A program made the position numbers and the translations under genes. A stretch of DNA of 20,425 nt from Campylobacterota bacterium (lineage in GTDB: Bacteria; Campylobacterota; Campylobacteria; Campylobacterales; Sulfurimonadaceae). Below are positions 5,777 to 16,046 of this stretch, one piece after another (the first letter of the stretch is position 1; each line of letters starts with the position of its first letter). The stretch is from assembly GCA_034661055.1 (NCBI GenBank), contig JAYEKO010000027.1, positions 1-20,425 of the forward strand, read 5' to 3'. Under the pieces are notes generated by a model. That model worked only from the letters and a program-made list of their open reading frames with translations, made no database searches and was not told the origin of the DNA.

Positions 5777-6275
5777 TGAGGTATTTATACCCTTCAAATA
5801 AGATTGCAGTTGAGATTCCAGCTGCAAATCCTGCTATGATGTCATCTCCCATAACTCCTATACCGCCTTTTGCTTCACGGTCAATTCTACCTATGATTGA
5901 TGGTTTTTTAATATCGTAAACTCTAAAAAGAGTGAAACTTAAAATAATTTGCAGTAGTAAACCATTTTCTAAAATAACAAGTTCATTCAATGAAAAGGTA
6001 ATAGCTGGTGCAATAGATAGTGCTATCCACATACCGGCAAGTTCGTCAATAACAATACGTTTGTCATCATGTATGCCTGATATGGCTTCATATTTATCAA
6101 TCTCTTTAATGGCAACAATGGTAATAAGTAGCGCTGCTAAAAAGAGTGTCTGTCCTCCAAAAAAAGCGAGAATAGGGAGTGCTATTAAAACAGAGACAAA
6201 AGTTCCGGCAGTTCCAGGGGCTTTTGGAAAGAGCCCACTGTAAAATAGAGTTATAAATATCCAGTTAAAATTCAT
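5769..6275 (-). CDS. pgpA: Phosphatidylglycerophosphatase A
   Basis: SGLFPKAPGTAGT, HDDKRIVIDELAGM, FRVYDIKKP, GGIGVMGDDIIAG. Confidence 0.97.
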   Translation of the reverse strand: MNFNWIFITLFYSGLFPKAPGTAGTFVSVLIALPILAFFGGQTLFLAALLITIVAIKEIDKYEAISGIHDDKRIVIDELAGMWIALSIAPAITFSLNELVILENGLLLQIILSFTLFRVYDIKKPSIIGRIDREAKGGIGVMGDDIIAGFAAGISTAILFEGYKYLIV

Positions 6276-6283
6276 AGAGTACC

Positions 6284-7474
6284 TTATGTTAATGATGTAG
6301 TTTGGTAGAGCTTAATAAGCTCTTTATAGAACTCTTCTTCACTATAATTTTCCAGAAGTCCGCTAGCTGGCAAGATATTACTGTATAAATCTTGTAGGTT
6401 TTTAAAACGATTGGGAAATAGCTTAGAAAGCATGAGTGCAGAGATTTCTTTGCGAACCAACACTGCAGGAGGAATAAGACCATGCCCAATAAGTTGTAAA
6501 ATAGAATCATCATTATATGAGATATGATGATGCTGACCGTGAGGGCAGGTGTCTTTACTGACTAAAGTCTTACACTCATCACAATAGACATAGACACTGA
6601 CAATATCGACTTTAATGTCTATGCCAATAAGTTTGTCAAGAATTGATTTGTTGATATTATCATCATAGTACATTCCCAAGGCTTCATGATCTTGCCCAAC
6701 AATTATCGTGTCACAACCTGAGTTTTTAGCAACAATAGCTTCAATAATAAGTTCATTAAAGCCTGCAAAGATATAACTATGCTCAAGTCTAATAATGACA
6801 ACACGATTTTGAGGTAAAAAATTAGTGATGAAATACTCTAGTGCTTGGTAGCGAACGTCATAGTTGATACCATTGATATTATATGGTTTTAAAAGAAATA
6901 TAACCAGTAAATCAGTCTGCTCAATGGCTTGACGAATTAGTCTTTCATGTGCACGATGTAGTGGATTTGCAGTCATCATTAATGCTGATGTGCGTGTAGC
7001 ACTAATACGTTTTTTTGCATCATTGACTAGATATTTAATATTTTTTTTATCTTGATTTTTTAAAGTATAGTGTCCAGATATCGCATAGCTTCCAAGACGT
7101 TGCCAAGTTCCATGTACACCAGGATGTGAAAACTCACTGGTTCCATAGACCTGATGTAGCCGTTCATCTTTATTTATTTTATAGACTTCTTCAGTAGTAA
7201 TTTCACCAATTTTAATGTCGTCACAGACTAGATCTAGTAGTTCGTTTTCTTGTACAGAGCTAAGAACTTCTTTATTTCGTTGTCCTGCTGGAGCTAATAT
7301 TAGAGGAAAAGGAAATGTTTTTCCTCTAATGAGAGAGTGTTTTAAAACCTCAGTGTATTTCTCTTTATTAGCAAGTTTAGTTGCTGGCAGTAAGAGTTCA
7401 TTTTTAAGCATTGCTAAGGCAGAATAAGCCTCATCGTCAATATGAAGAGCTCTATTTTTTCTTAATGATTCCAT
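6284..7474 (-). CDS. Sulfate adenylyltransferase (Sat)-like protein, divergent Cj1609 type
   Basis: PUA-like N-terminal domain, NPLHRAHE (HxxH), GCDTIIVGQDH and Zn motif CDEC...CPH. The canonical QTRN and GRDHAG motifs are altered. Confidence 0.85.
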   Translation of the reverse strand: MESLRKNRALHIDDEAYSALAMLKNELLLPATKLANKEKYTEVLKHSLIRGKTFPFPLILAPAGQRNKEVLSSVQENELLDLVCDDIKIGEITTEEVYKINKDERLHQVYGTSEFSHPGVHGTWQRLGSYAISGHYTLKNQDKKNIKYLVNDAKKRISATRTSALMMTANPLHRAHERLIRQAIEQTDLLVIFLLKPYNINGINYDVRYQALEYFITNFLPQNRVVIIRLEHSYIFAGFNELIIEAIVAKNSGCDTIIVGQDHEALGMYYDDNINKSILDKLIGIDIKVDIVSVYVYCDECKTLVSKDTCPHGQHHHISYNDDSILQLIGHGLIPPAVLVRKEISALMLSKLFPNRFKNLQDLYSNILPASGLLENYSEEEFYKELIKLYQTTSLT

Positions 7475-8339
7475 ATTTTTTTCTTTTTTCCCACAAGCTT
7501 TTTCGCGATATTCCTAATTGTTTAGAGAGTTCCGTATCAGGAAATTTATACTGATAATTTAGCACAACATATTTAACATAGTCCTCAATTGGTAAAATAT
7601 CACCCTGTTCGAAGGCTTTATTGTCACTTTTTACTTCAATTATAGGGTAATTTTCTAAGTCAATCTTCTCTGTGCTAGAAATAATAGCTTCTCGTTTTTT
7701 AATACTATTTAAAAATGATTCATATTCACTTTTACGCAATACCTGAAAGTCATTAATATAAACAACAGTATTTAGAGGTAATAATTGAATGTCTTGAAGG
7801 GCAGTACTGGATGAAAGTGTAATAAAGTGCAACGTCTTATTTTGACTTGATGCATATCTAAATGCAAAAGCATCAGTATATTTTTGAAAACTACATGATA
7901 TAAATAGCGGAATCTCCACATCATTTAAGTTGTGTTCAATGTCAATAGAGTCAAATGAGTGGTTAAGATAGCTCTCATAGGTACTATTTTGACGTTTAAG
8001 TTTTTCAAATTCTTGATAGTGTTCAATCTTTCTAATTAACTCTTCTATCATGAATGGTTTTTGGATGTAATCTTTTGCACCGGCATTAAGTGGTTTTGAG
8101 ACAGTATCGTTACTGATGTATGATACCATTAAAATTACTACAGCATTTTTGTATGAATCAATAATTGGATAAAAATCTTGACCACTAATGCTGGTTGAAA
8201 GGAGTACAACATCATAAGGTACATCTTCGTTGATACCTTTAGCAGAGCTGCTCATATCACATAAGTGACCGAGTTCACTTAGTTTTGAAGCGATGCTTTG
8301 TGCGAGATAAATCTCATTTTCTATAATTAATATTCTCAT
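7452..8339 (-). CDS. Atypical orphan response regulator (HP1021/Cj1608 family)
   Basis: Receiver domain with Ser at the phospho-Asp position (YDVVLLS), GAKDYIQKPF, C-terminal Fis-like HTH (DTELSKQLGISRKSLWEKRKKYGI); lies directly downstream of ispDF as in H. pylori and C. jejuni. Confidence 0.88.
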   Translation of the reverse strand: MRILIIENEIYLAQSIASKLSELGHLCDMSSSAKGINEDVPYDVVLLSTSISGQDFYPIIDSYKNAVVILMVSYISNDTVSKPLNAGAKDYIQKPFMIEELIRKIEHYQEFEKLKRQNSTYESYLNHSFDSIDIEHNLNDVEIPLFISCSFQKYTDAFAFRYASSQNKTLHFITLSSSTALQDIQLLPLNTVVYINDFQVLRKSEYESFLNSIKKREAIISSTEKIDLENYPIIEVKSDNKAFEQGDILPIEDYVKYVVLNYQYKFPDTELSKQLGISRKSLWEKRKKYGIIKKK

Positions 8340-9460
8340 TGTTCCCCTGTCCAGTTGTAGTAGTTTAAAGTGGCGCTTGCCATAACAGCAACGCCTTCTT
8401 TTCGTCCAATAAAGCCTAGTTTTTCAGTTGTTGTTGCTTTTATATTGGTTCGTGACGACTCTATATGTAGTAGTTCGCTTAAGCGATGACGCATTTGCGT
8501 CTTGTATTTTGATAATCTTGGCACTTCAGCTGCAATTGTGATGTCAACATTATTGATAACATAACCGAAGTTATTTAATTTTGTCACGACCTCTTTGAGC
8601 AAGATAGCTGAGTCAATATTGCTGTAGGTTGCGTCACTGTCAGGAAATAACATCCCAATATCTCCCATTCCAGCAGCTCCTAAAAGAGCGTCAATGAGAG
8701 CGTGAATTGCTACATCTCCATCACTGTGAGCTTTAAAACCAAAATCAGAGTCAATAGCTATTGCACCTAATACCATAGGCTTGTTCTTTTCAAATGCATG
8801 AACATCAAAACCGTTTCCAACTAAAGTCTGTGTTGATGGTTTTTTAATACAAGGCAGTTGTAGTAGGTCACTGATAAATGTGATTTTATGGGCATCATCA
8901 TCACCATCAACAAAGATTCTTGTTCCTCCGTTAGCCACTATGGCACTGCTCTCATCTGTAAAAACCGTGTCGCTTGTAAGCGCATTTTTGAGTGTTTTAG
9001 TACAAGAGAGTTGCGGGGTCTGTACACGTTTGACTCTATCTCTGTCTATTGTCTCATTGTCATAAACAATCGTATCATTTACATGTAAAACAGGAACAAT
9101 AGCGTCTGCTTCACCTTGTTTTGAAATAATACGATGTAGTAAATCAGTATCTATACATGCGCGTGCAATATCACTCACCATTACATAAGGTGTATTTACA
9201 TGTAAAAGAGCATTTTTTAGTGATTCTTGACGGGTGTCTCCACCTGAAATAATTTTATGGGGAGTGTAGTGTTTCATAAATTCCACCTCACTTTTATGTG
9301 AGGTTATAATTATTTCTGAAAAAAAATTTGTTAAAGCGAGTCGTTTCGTAACAAAATGCCATAATGGATCATGACCAATACGTAACCATTGCTTTTTTAC
9401 AGGAAACTTGAAACGGCTGGAACTACCTGCTGCAAGTAAAATAAGTGTCAAATCGGACAA
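8336..9460 (-). CDS. ispDF: Bifunctional IspD/IspF (MEP cytidylyltransferase / MEcPP synthase)
   Basis: LLAAGSSSRF...KKQWL, GGDTRQES, VQTPQ, FTDES; IspF part GNGFDVH, HSDGDVAIHALIDALLGA, KATTTEKLGFIGRKEG. TTG start with SD AGGAG. Confidence 0.97.
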   Translation of the reverse strand: MSDLTLILLAAGSSSRFKFPVKKQWLRIGHDPLWHFVTKRLALTNFFSEIIITSHKSEVEFMKHYTPHKIISGGDTRQESLKNALLHVNTPYVMVSDIARACIDTDLLHRIISKQGEADAIVPVLHVNDTIVYDNETIDRDRVKRVQTPQLSCTKTLKNALTSDTVFTDESSAIVANGGTRIFVDGDDDAHKITFISDLLQLPCIKKPSTQTLVGNGFDVHAFEKNKPMVLGAIAIDSDFGFKAHSDGDVAIHALIDALLGAAGMGDIGMLFPDSDATYSNIDSAILLKEVVTKLNNFGYVINNVDITIAAEVPRLSKYKTQMRHRLSELLHIESSRTNIKATTTEKLGFIGRKEGVAVMASATLNYYNWTGEQ

Positions 9461-9471
9461 ATATACTCCTG

Positions 9472-9498
9472 TGTTTCTTAAACTGTTACGAAATTATA
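9472..9498 (-). promoter_or_regulatory. -10 element of the ispDF operon with tandem HP1021-box-like sites
   Basis: Minus-strand TATAAT at 9498-9493. TGTTTCT (9472-9478) and TGTTACG (9484-9490) on the + strand resemble the TGTTWCW box. Confidence 0.45.
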
Positions 9499-9520
9499 CA
9501 CATAAAAAGCTTTTTTTTAT

Positions 9521-9549
9521 CTTGTTTGTGTAAAATCCACACAAACAAG
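9521..9549. repeat. Perfect 11-bp inverted repeat in the ispDF/thiC divergent region
   Basis: CTTGTTTGTGT-aaaatcc-ACACAAACAAG. Confidence 0.75.
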
Positions 9550-9618
9550 TCATTGACTTTAAAGAAAATTGAAACTTTTTAAATGGTTTATTGTATAGTG
9601 TCGTTTTTTTAGTGTTAA

Positions 9619-11049
<1,431 letters not shown>

Positions 11050-11078
11050 ATATAATTTTATAAGGGAATTAGAAAAAT

Positions 11079-12245
11079 ATGACTGAAGAACAGATTAAAT
11101 CAGCACTGAGTAATGTTACTTACCCAGGTTTTACAAAAGATATTGTATCTTTTGGATTTGTAAAAGATATTAGAGTTGCAGGTGATGATGTTACTATCAC
11201 TATTGAAATTAGCTCGAGTGCTCCTGAAGTGGCAGCACAGATTAAAGAAGAGTCAGAAAAAGAGTTACAAAAAATTGGTGCAGCTTCTGCAACCATTAGA
11301 ATAGAAGCTCCTAAAATGCCACGTGAGAGTTCATCTCACGGCAAAAATATTGCACCTCAAGTAAAAAACTTTATTATGGTGAGTTCAGGTAAAGGTGGGG
11401 TTGGTAAATCGACAACATCAGTAAACTTAGCAATTGCTTTAGCTATGCAAGGTAAAAAAGTCGGTCTTTTAGATGCAGATATTTACGGACCAAATATTCC
11501 TCGTATGTTAGGCTTAGAAGGAGTCCGTCCACAAATTGAAGGAAACAAAGTTCTTCCTCTTAAGGCTTATGGTGTTGAGATGATGTCTATGGGTTCTCTT
11601 ACTGAAGATGGTCAATCTTTAATCTGGCGTGGTGCTATGATTATGAAAGCAATTGAGCAGTTCTTACGTGACATTTTATGGTCAGAATTAGACTGTTTAG
11701 TAATTGATATGCCTCCAGGAACTGGTGATGCTCAGTTGACTTTAGCTCAGAGTGTTCCAGTTACTGTTGGTGTTACTGTTACTACTCCACAGATGGTATC
11801 TTTAGATGACAGTCGTCGTAGTTTAGATATGTTTAAAAAGCTTAATATTCCAATTGCTGGTATTGTTGAGAATATGAGTGGATTTATTGCACCAGATACT
11901 GGTGCAGAATATGATATCTTTGGAAAAGGGACAACCGATCCAATTGCTAAAGAGTTTGATACATCAATTATTGCTGAGATTCCAATTGAGCCTGCTGTTC
12001 GTATTGGTGGTGATGAAGGAAAACCTATAGTTTATGTTTCACCAGAATCAGAAACCGCTAAGCGTTATATGAAAGCAGCTGAAACTGTCTGGAATCAAAT
12101 TGAGACTATTAATGCTGAAGGAGGAGTCGATAACCAAGCTATTCAACCAACAACGCCTCCAGGTGTAAGTGCATGTTCAACAGGAGGAGCGGCTGCACCA
12201 TCAAGCGGGCACTCTCATTCAGAAGGTGGCTGTGGCTGTAGCTAA
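11079..12245 (+). CDS. mrp: Mrp/ApbC (NBP35-family) Fe-S cluster carrier ATPase
   Basis: N-terminal DUF59-like domain, SGKGGVGKST, DADIYGP, WRG, DMPPGTGD, VENMS. Confidence 0.96.
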   Translation: MTEEQIKSALSNVTYPGFTKDIVSFGFVKDIRVAGDDVTITIEISSSAPEVAAQIKEESEKELQKIGAASATIRIEAPKMPRESSSHGKNIAPQVKNFIMVSSGKGGVGKSTTSVNLAIALAMQGKKVGLLDADIYGPNIPRMLGLEGVRPQIEGNKVLPLKAYGVEMMSMGSLTEDGQSLIWRGAMIMKAIEQFLRDILWSELDCLVIDMPPGTGDAQLTLAQSVPVTVGVTVTTPQMVSLDDSRRSLDMFKKLNIPIAGIVENMSGFIAPDTGAEYDIFGKGTTDPIAKEFDTSIIAEIPIEPAVRIGGDEGKPIVYVSPESETAKRYMKAAETVWNQIETINAEGGVDNQAIQPTTPPGVSACSTGGAAAPSSGHSHSEGGCGCS

Positions 12246-12258
12246 GTCCCTCTACTAA

Positions 12259-12298
12259 CACTATGTTACGACATAAGTCGTAACATAGTGATTTTTTT
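12259..12298 (+). terminator. Rho-independent terminator of thiC-mrp
   Basis: Perfect 14-bp stem CACTATGTTACGAC-ataa-GTCGTAACATAGTG followed by ATTTTTTT. Confidence 0.85.
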
Positions 12299-12384
12299 AC
12301 TCTTTTTATTTAAATTCATCAAAAAAAAATATTTTTTTAGATATCCTCATTGACGTATATAGCTTTTTAATTTGGAGTATTATA

Positions 12385-14226
12385 ATGAATAATAAAACAA
12401 AAATATCTTTTACACTCTTTTTAATTATGTCTTTGGTGTTTGTATTCATTTTAGGGATTGTCGCTTTTAACACAAAGAATTATGGTCTTCAAAGTGCACA
12501 AAAACGAGCAGAGGCGGTTGCAAATGTTGTTAAATTTGGCTTGACAGCACACATGGTCAATGGTACTATGGATAAGCGTGAACAGTTTATTCATCAAGTT
12601 GAAACTCTTGAACAGATGAATAGAATTTGGCTGGTACGAGCCCCTAGTGTTATTGCCCAATATGGAAAAGGTTTGAATAATGAGGTACCACAGGATAAGA
12701 TGGATGAAGAGGTTGTTAGTAGTAGTAAGATGAACAAAACTCATGCAGATGACTTCTTTGCAAATAGTACTTTTCGTATGACCATCCCTTATATTGCTAC
12801 ACAAAATGGGGTCATTAACTGTTTAGATTGTCATGATGCCAAAGTTGGTGATACTTTAGGTGCGATCTCAATAGAGATGGACATTAATGATCTTCGTTCA
12901 TACGGTATTTCAATACTTGGTTATGTTGCAGTGTTTGCACTTATAATGATTATTTTTATTTTAGTATTTGTTAATCGTCTTATAGGACCATATTTGCATA
13001 TTTTTGATTCTATTAAAGGGGTAATGCAAGAAGCAAATGATGGTGACTATTCTCATAGAATTATTAATATTAAAGAGGGTGAAGCGAAAGAAGTTTCAAA
13101 ATGGGTTAATACCCTATTAGAAAAACTTCAAGCAACAATGGAAGAGATTGAGAATAAAATTGAGATTTTCTTAACCAATCAGAAAAATATTAATAAAGAT
13201 CCTTTAATCCAGATGAAAAATACGGTTTCACGTCTCTCTGATATCTATAAGTTTAGAAAAGCCATTGAACATGATGAGAGAATTGAAGAAGTTTATGTAC
13301 GTTTTGCTCAAGTTCTACGAGAAAAGTTTGACTTAAAAGATTTTAACTTTATTGAGGCAGATCTTATTTCTAAAGAAAACAGTATTGTTCATGCAGAAAA
13401 AGAGATTTTATGTGAAGCTACTAAGCAGTGCCGTGCTGATCGTACTAATACAGTGGTTGACTCATGCCTATTTTCAAATGCCTGCCCTCAAATGTTAGCA
13501 AGTGATGACACTGTCTCATATTTATGTCTTCCATATTCTATTTCAAATGAATTAGACTTTATAATATCTATTGTAACACTCAATGAAGAAGAGTCTCAAC
13601 GTATTCGTCTATTAGTTCCTTCCATAAATGATTATATTGATGCTGCCAAACCTGAGATTGTCAGTAAAAAATTGACACAAATTTTAGAAAAATCATCTCG
13701 TACTGATGCTCCAACAGGACTCTATAACCGTAAATATCTTGAAGAGAGTATTGAGTTAATTACGTCACAGGCTAAACGTTCAGAGATTGCATATGGTATT
13801 TTAATGGTAGATATTGATCACTTTAAGATGATTAATGATACCTATGGACATGATGTTGGTGATGAAGCTATCCGTGTAATTTCACGTACTTTAGAAGAGA
13901 GCATTCGTAATTCAGATAGTGTGGTGCGGTTTGGTGGTGAAGAGTTTATTGTTCTTTTATATAACTGTAATGAAGAGGCAGTTATAGAAATAGCAGAAAA
14001 GATTAGAAACGCTTTTGGAGCTAAAAAAATCCCATCGCCTCAAGGTTCATTTAGTAAGACTATTAGCATTGGAGCCTCAATATATCCAACTCAATCCGAC
14101 TCTTTTTGGAAGTGTATTAAGTATGCTGATGTAGCACTTTATGCTGCTAAAAACGGGGGACGAAACCGTAGTGTTTTATTTGAAGAGACACTTCTAAAAG
14201 ATAATGAATTAGAAGATGATTTTTAA
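12385..14226 (+). CDS. Membrane diguanylate cyclase with periplasmic CxxCH sensor, HAMP-like, GAF-like and GGDEF domains
   Basis: Two TM segments flank a periplasmic domain containing CLDCH. TGLYNR, DIDHFKMINDTYGHDVGD, RNSD I-site and GGEEF; SD GGAG. Confidence 0.93.
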   Translation: MNNKTKISFTLFLIMSLVFVFILGIVAFNTKNYGLQSAQKRAEAVANVVKFGLTAHMVNGTMDKREQFIHQVETLEQMNRIWLVRAPSVIAQYGKGLNNEVPQDKMDEEVVSSSKMNKTHADDFFANSTFRMTIPYIATQNGVINCLDCHDAKVGDTLGAISIEMDINDLRSYGISILGYVAVFALIMIIFILVFVNRLIGPYLHIFDSIKGVMQEANDGDYSHRIINIKEGEAKEVSKWVNTLLEKLQATMEEIENKIEIFLTNQKNINKDPLIQMKNTVSRLSDIYKFRKAIEHDERIEEVYVRFAQVLREKFDLKDFNFIEADLISKENSIVHAEKEILCEATKQCRADRTNTVVDSCLFSNACPQMLASDDTVSYLCLPYSISNELDFIISIVTLNEEESQRIRLLVPSINDYIDAAKPEIVSKKLTQILEKSSRTDAPTGLYNRKYLEESIELITSQAKRSEIAYGILMVDIDHFKMINDTYGHDVGDEAIRVISRTLEESIRNSDSVVRFGGEEFIVLLYNCNEEAVIEIAEKIRNAFGAKKIPSPQGSFSKTISIGASIYPTQSDSFWKCIKYADVALYAAKNGGRNRSVLFEETLLKDNELEDDF

Positions 14227-14231
14227 AAATG

Positions 14232-16046
14232 TTACTCGACAGTAACACTTTTAGCTAAGTTTCTTGGCATGTCAACATCGTGACCAAGGCGAATTGTGAT
14301 TTCCATTGAAAGTAATTGTACTACGACCATCATCTCAAAAAACTCCAACATGTAGTGATTATGAGGTTTTGTCTTAATAAAGTCATCTGCTTTTTCAAAC
14401 TCTACTGGACTAAGTGCACAGATGGTAGAGTCTCTTGCGCTTAACTCTTCAACATTACTTTTTACTTTATCATAAAGTAAGTTTTTTGGCATTAGAGCAA
14501 TAGTGAAAAGCTCAGGGTCTGCTAAAGCAATAGGCCCATGTTTCATCTCACCTGATGGATAACCCTCTGCATGTAGATAGCTAATCTCTTTAAGTTTTAA
14601 TGCCCCTTCTAATGCCAGAGGAAAGAAGATGTCTCGGCCTATAAAAAAGAAACCATGACCATGTAAGTAGCGTTTTGAGAGACGATTGATTCTATCGTGC
14701 ATATTACTCTCAACTTTTACTGAAGCTGGTATAGCTCGCAATACATGTAATTGTTCATTTAATGACTCTGGAGAAATAGAGTTACGTTTTTGTGCCGTAT
14801 AGAGCGCTAACATCCATAGAAGTGTTACTTGCGTAGCAAAGGCTTTTGTTGATGCCACACCTTTTTCTATACCAGCACGAGTTAAGAGTGTTGCATCAGC
14901 AATTCTTACCATAGATGAGTTGTCAACATTACATACGACAAGTGTTTTTAAGCCGGCATGTTTTGCCATCTTTAAAGTCTCTAATGTATCGGCAGTTTCA
15001 CCACTTTGAGAGATGACAATAAAAAGTGTATCATGGTGCAAAAGAGGTTCTTTATAACGAAATTCACTAGCAATTTCAACAGAGCACCTAATTTTTGCTT
15101 CACGCTCAAGAAGGTAGCTAGCACTTAATGCGGCATGATAACTTGTTCCACAAGCACAGAGCTTAATTTCGTTGATACCATCAAGAAGATCATCATCAAT
15201 CTCATTGAAAATAATACTCTTATTGTTAATACGTCCAAGTAGTGTATCGGAGATAACATTACTCTGCTCATAAATCTCTTTCTCCATAAAAAAACGAAAG
15301 CCCTCTTTTTGAGCAGATAGTTTACTTGTTGGAAGTGATGAAAATATTGCTCGTACTGTTTGGGCATCAGAGTTGAAAATATTAATGTTTTGTCCCTCAA
15401 CAAACCCATAGTTACCATCATCTAGATAGGCCACATTAGAAGCCTTTCCAATTAAAGGGGTGTCTGATGAGGCAAAGTAAACATCACCATCATCATCTGT
15501 TGCGACAATCATGGGAGAACCATTTTTGGCAAATAAAATGGTATCGCTCTCATCTTTATGAATGAGAAGAATAGCGTAAGCACCTTCAAGGCGTTCTAAT
15601 GTACTTTTAAATGCTTCAAAGGCATTTTGAGAGTGAGGCAGGTAGGTTTCAAAAAGATGGACAATAACTTCGGTATCGGTTTGGCTTAAAAAAACAACAC
15701 CTTTATCAAGCAATTCCTGTTTTAGTTCTTGATAGTTCTCGATAATACCGTTATGAACCACATAAGAACTCTCTCCTAAGTGGGGATGGGCATTAAGTTC
15801 GGTGGGTTTACCATGAGTAGCCCAGCGCGTATGACCGATTCCAACTGAAAATGATGAGGTTTCAAACTCTTGCATCTTCTCATCTAGGTTTTTAAGTTTA
15901 CCCACTGCTTTAAATGATGAGAAGTTGTCATTTTCAAGTATGGCAATACCAGCAGAATCATACCCTCGGTACTCTAACTCTTTTAATCCGTCAAGTAAAA
16001 TATGTTTACTCTTTTTTTCTCCAATATAGCCGACTATTCCACACAT
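14232..16046 (-). CDS. glmS: Glutamine--fructose-6-phosphate aminotransferase
   Basis: MCGIVG, LEYRGYDSAG, GHTRWATHG, SQSGETADT, C-terminal PRNLAKSVTVE. Confidence 0.99.
   Translation of the reverse strand: MCGIVGYIGEKKSKHILLDGLKELEYRGYDSAGIAILENDNFSSFKAVGKLKNLDEKMQEFETSSFSVGIGHTRWATHGKPTELNAHPHLGESSYVVHNGIIENYQELKQELLDKGVVFLSQTDTEVIVHLFETYLPHSQNAFEAFKSTLERLEGAYAILLIHKDESDTILFAKNGSPMIVATDDDGDVYFASSDTPLIGKASNVAYLDDGNYGFVEGQNINIFNSDAQTVRAIFSSLPTSKLSAQKEGFRFFMEKEIYEQSNVISDTLLGRINNKSIIFNEIDDDLLDGINEIKLCACGTSYHAALSASYLLEREAKIRCSVEIASEFRYKEPLLHHDTLFIVISQSGETADTLETLKMAKHAGLKTLVVCNVDNSSMVRIADATLLTRAGIEKGVASTKAFATQVTLLWMLALYTAQKRNSISPESLNEQLHVLRAIPASVKVESNMHDRINRLSKRYLHGHGFFFIGRDIFFPLALEGALKLKEISYLHAEGYPSGEMKHGPIALADPELFTIALMPKNLLYDKVKSNVEELSARDSTICALSPVEFEKADDFIKTKPHNHYMLEFFEMMVVVQLLSMEITIRLGHDVDMPRNLAKSVTVE

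Noticed and set aside
5932..9088. Short ORFs 5932-6243, 6289-6513, 7215-7427, 8880-9065 and 8888-9088
   Set aside because: They lie wholly inside pgpA, the Sat-like gene or ispDF, antisense or out of frame, with no independent support.
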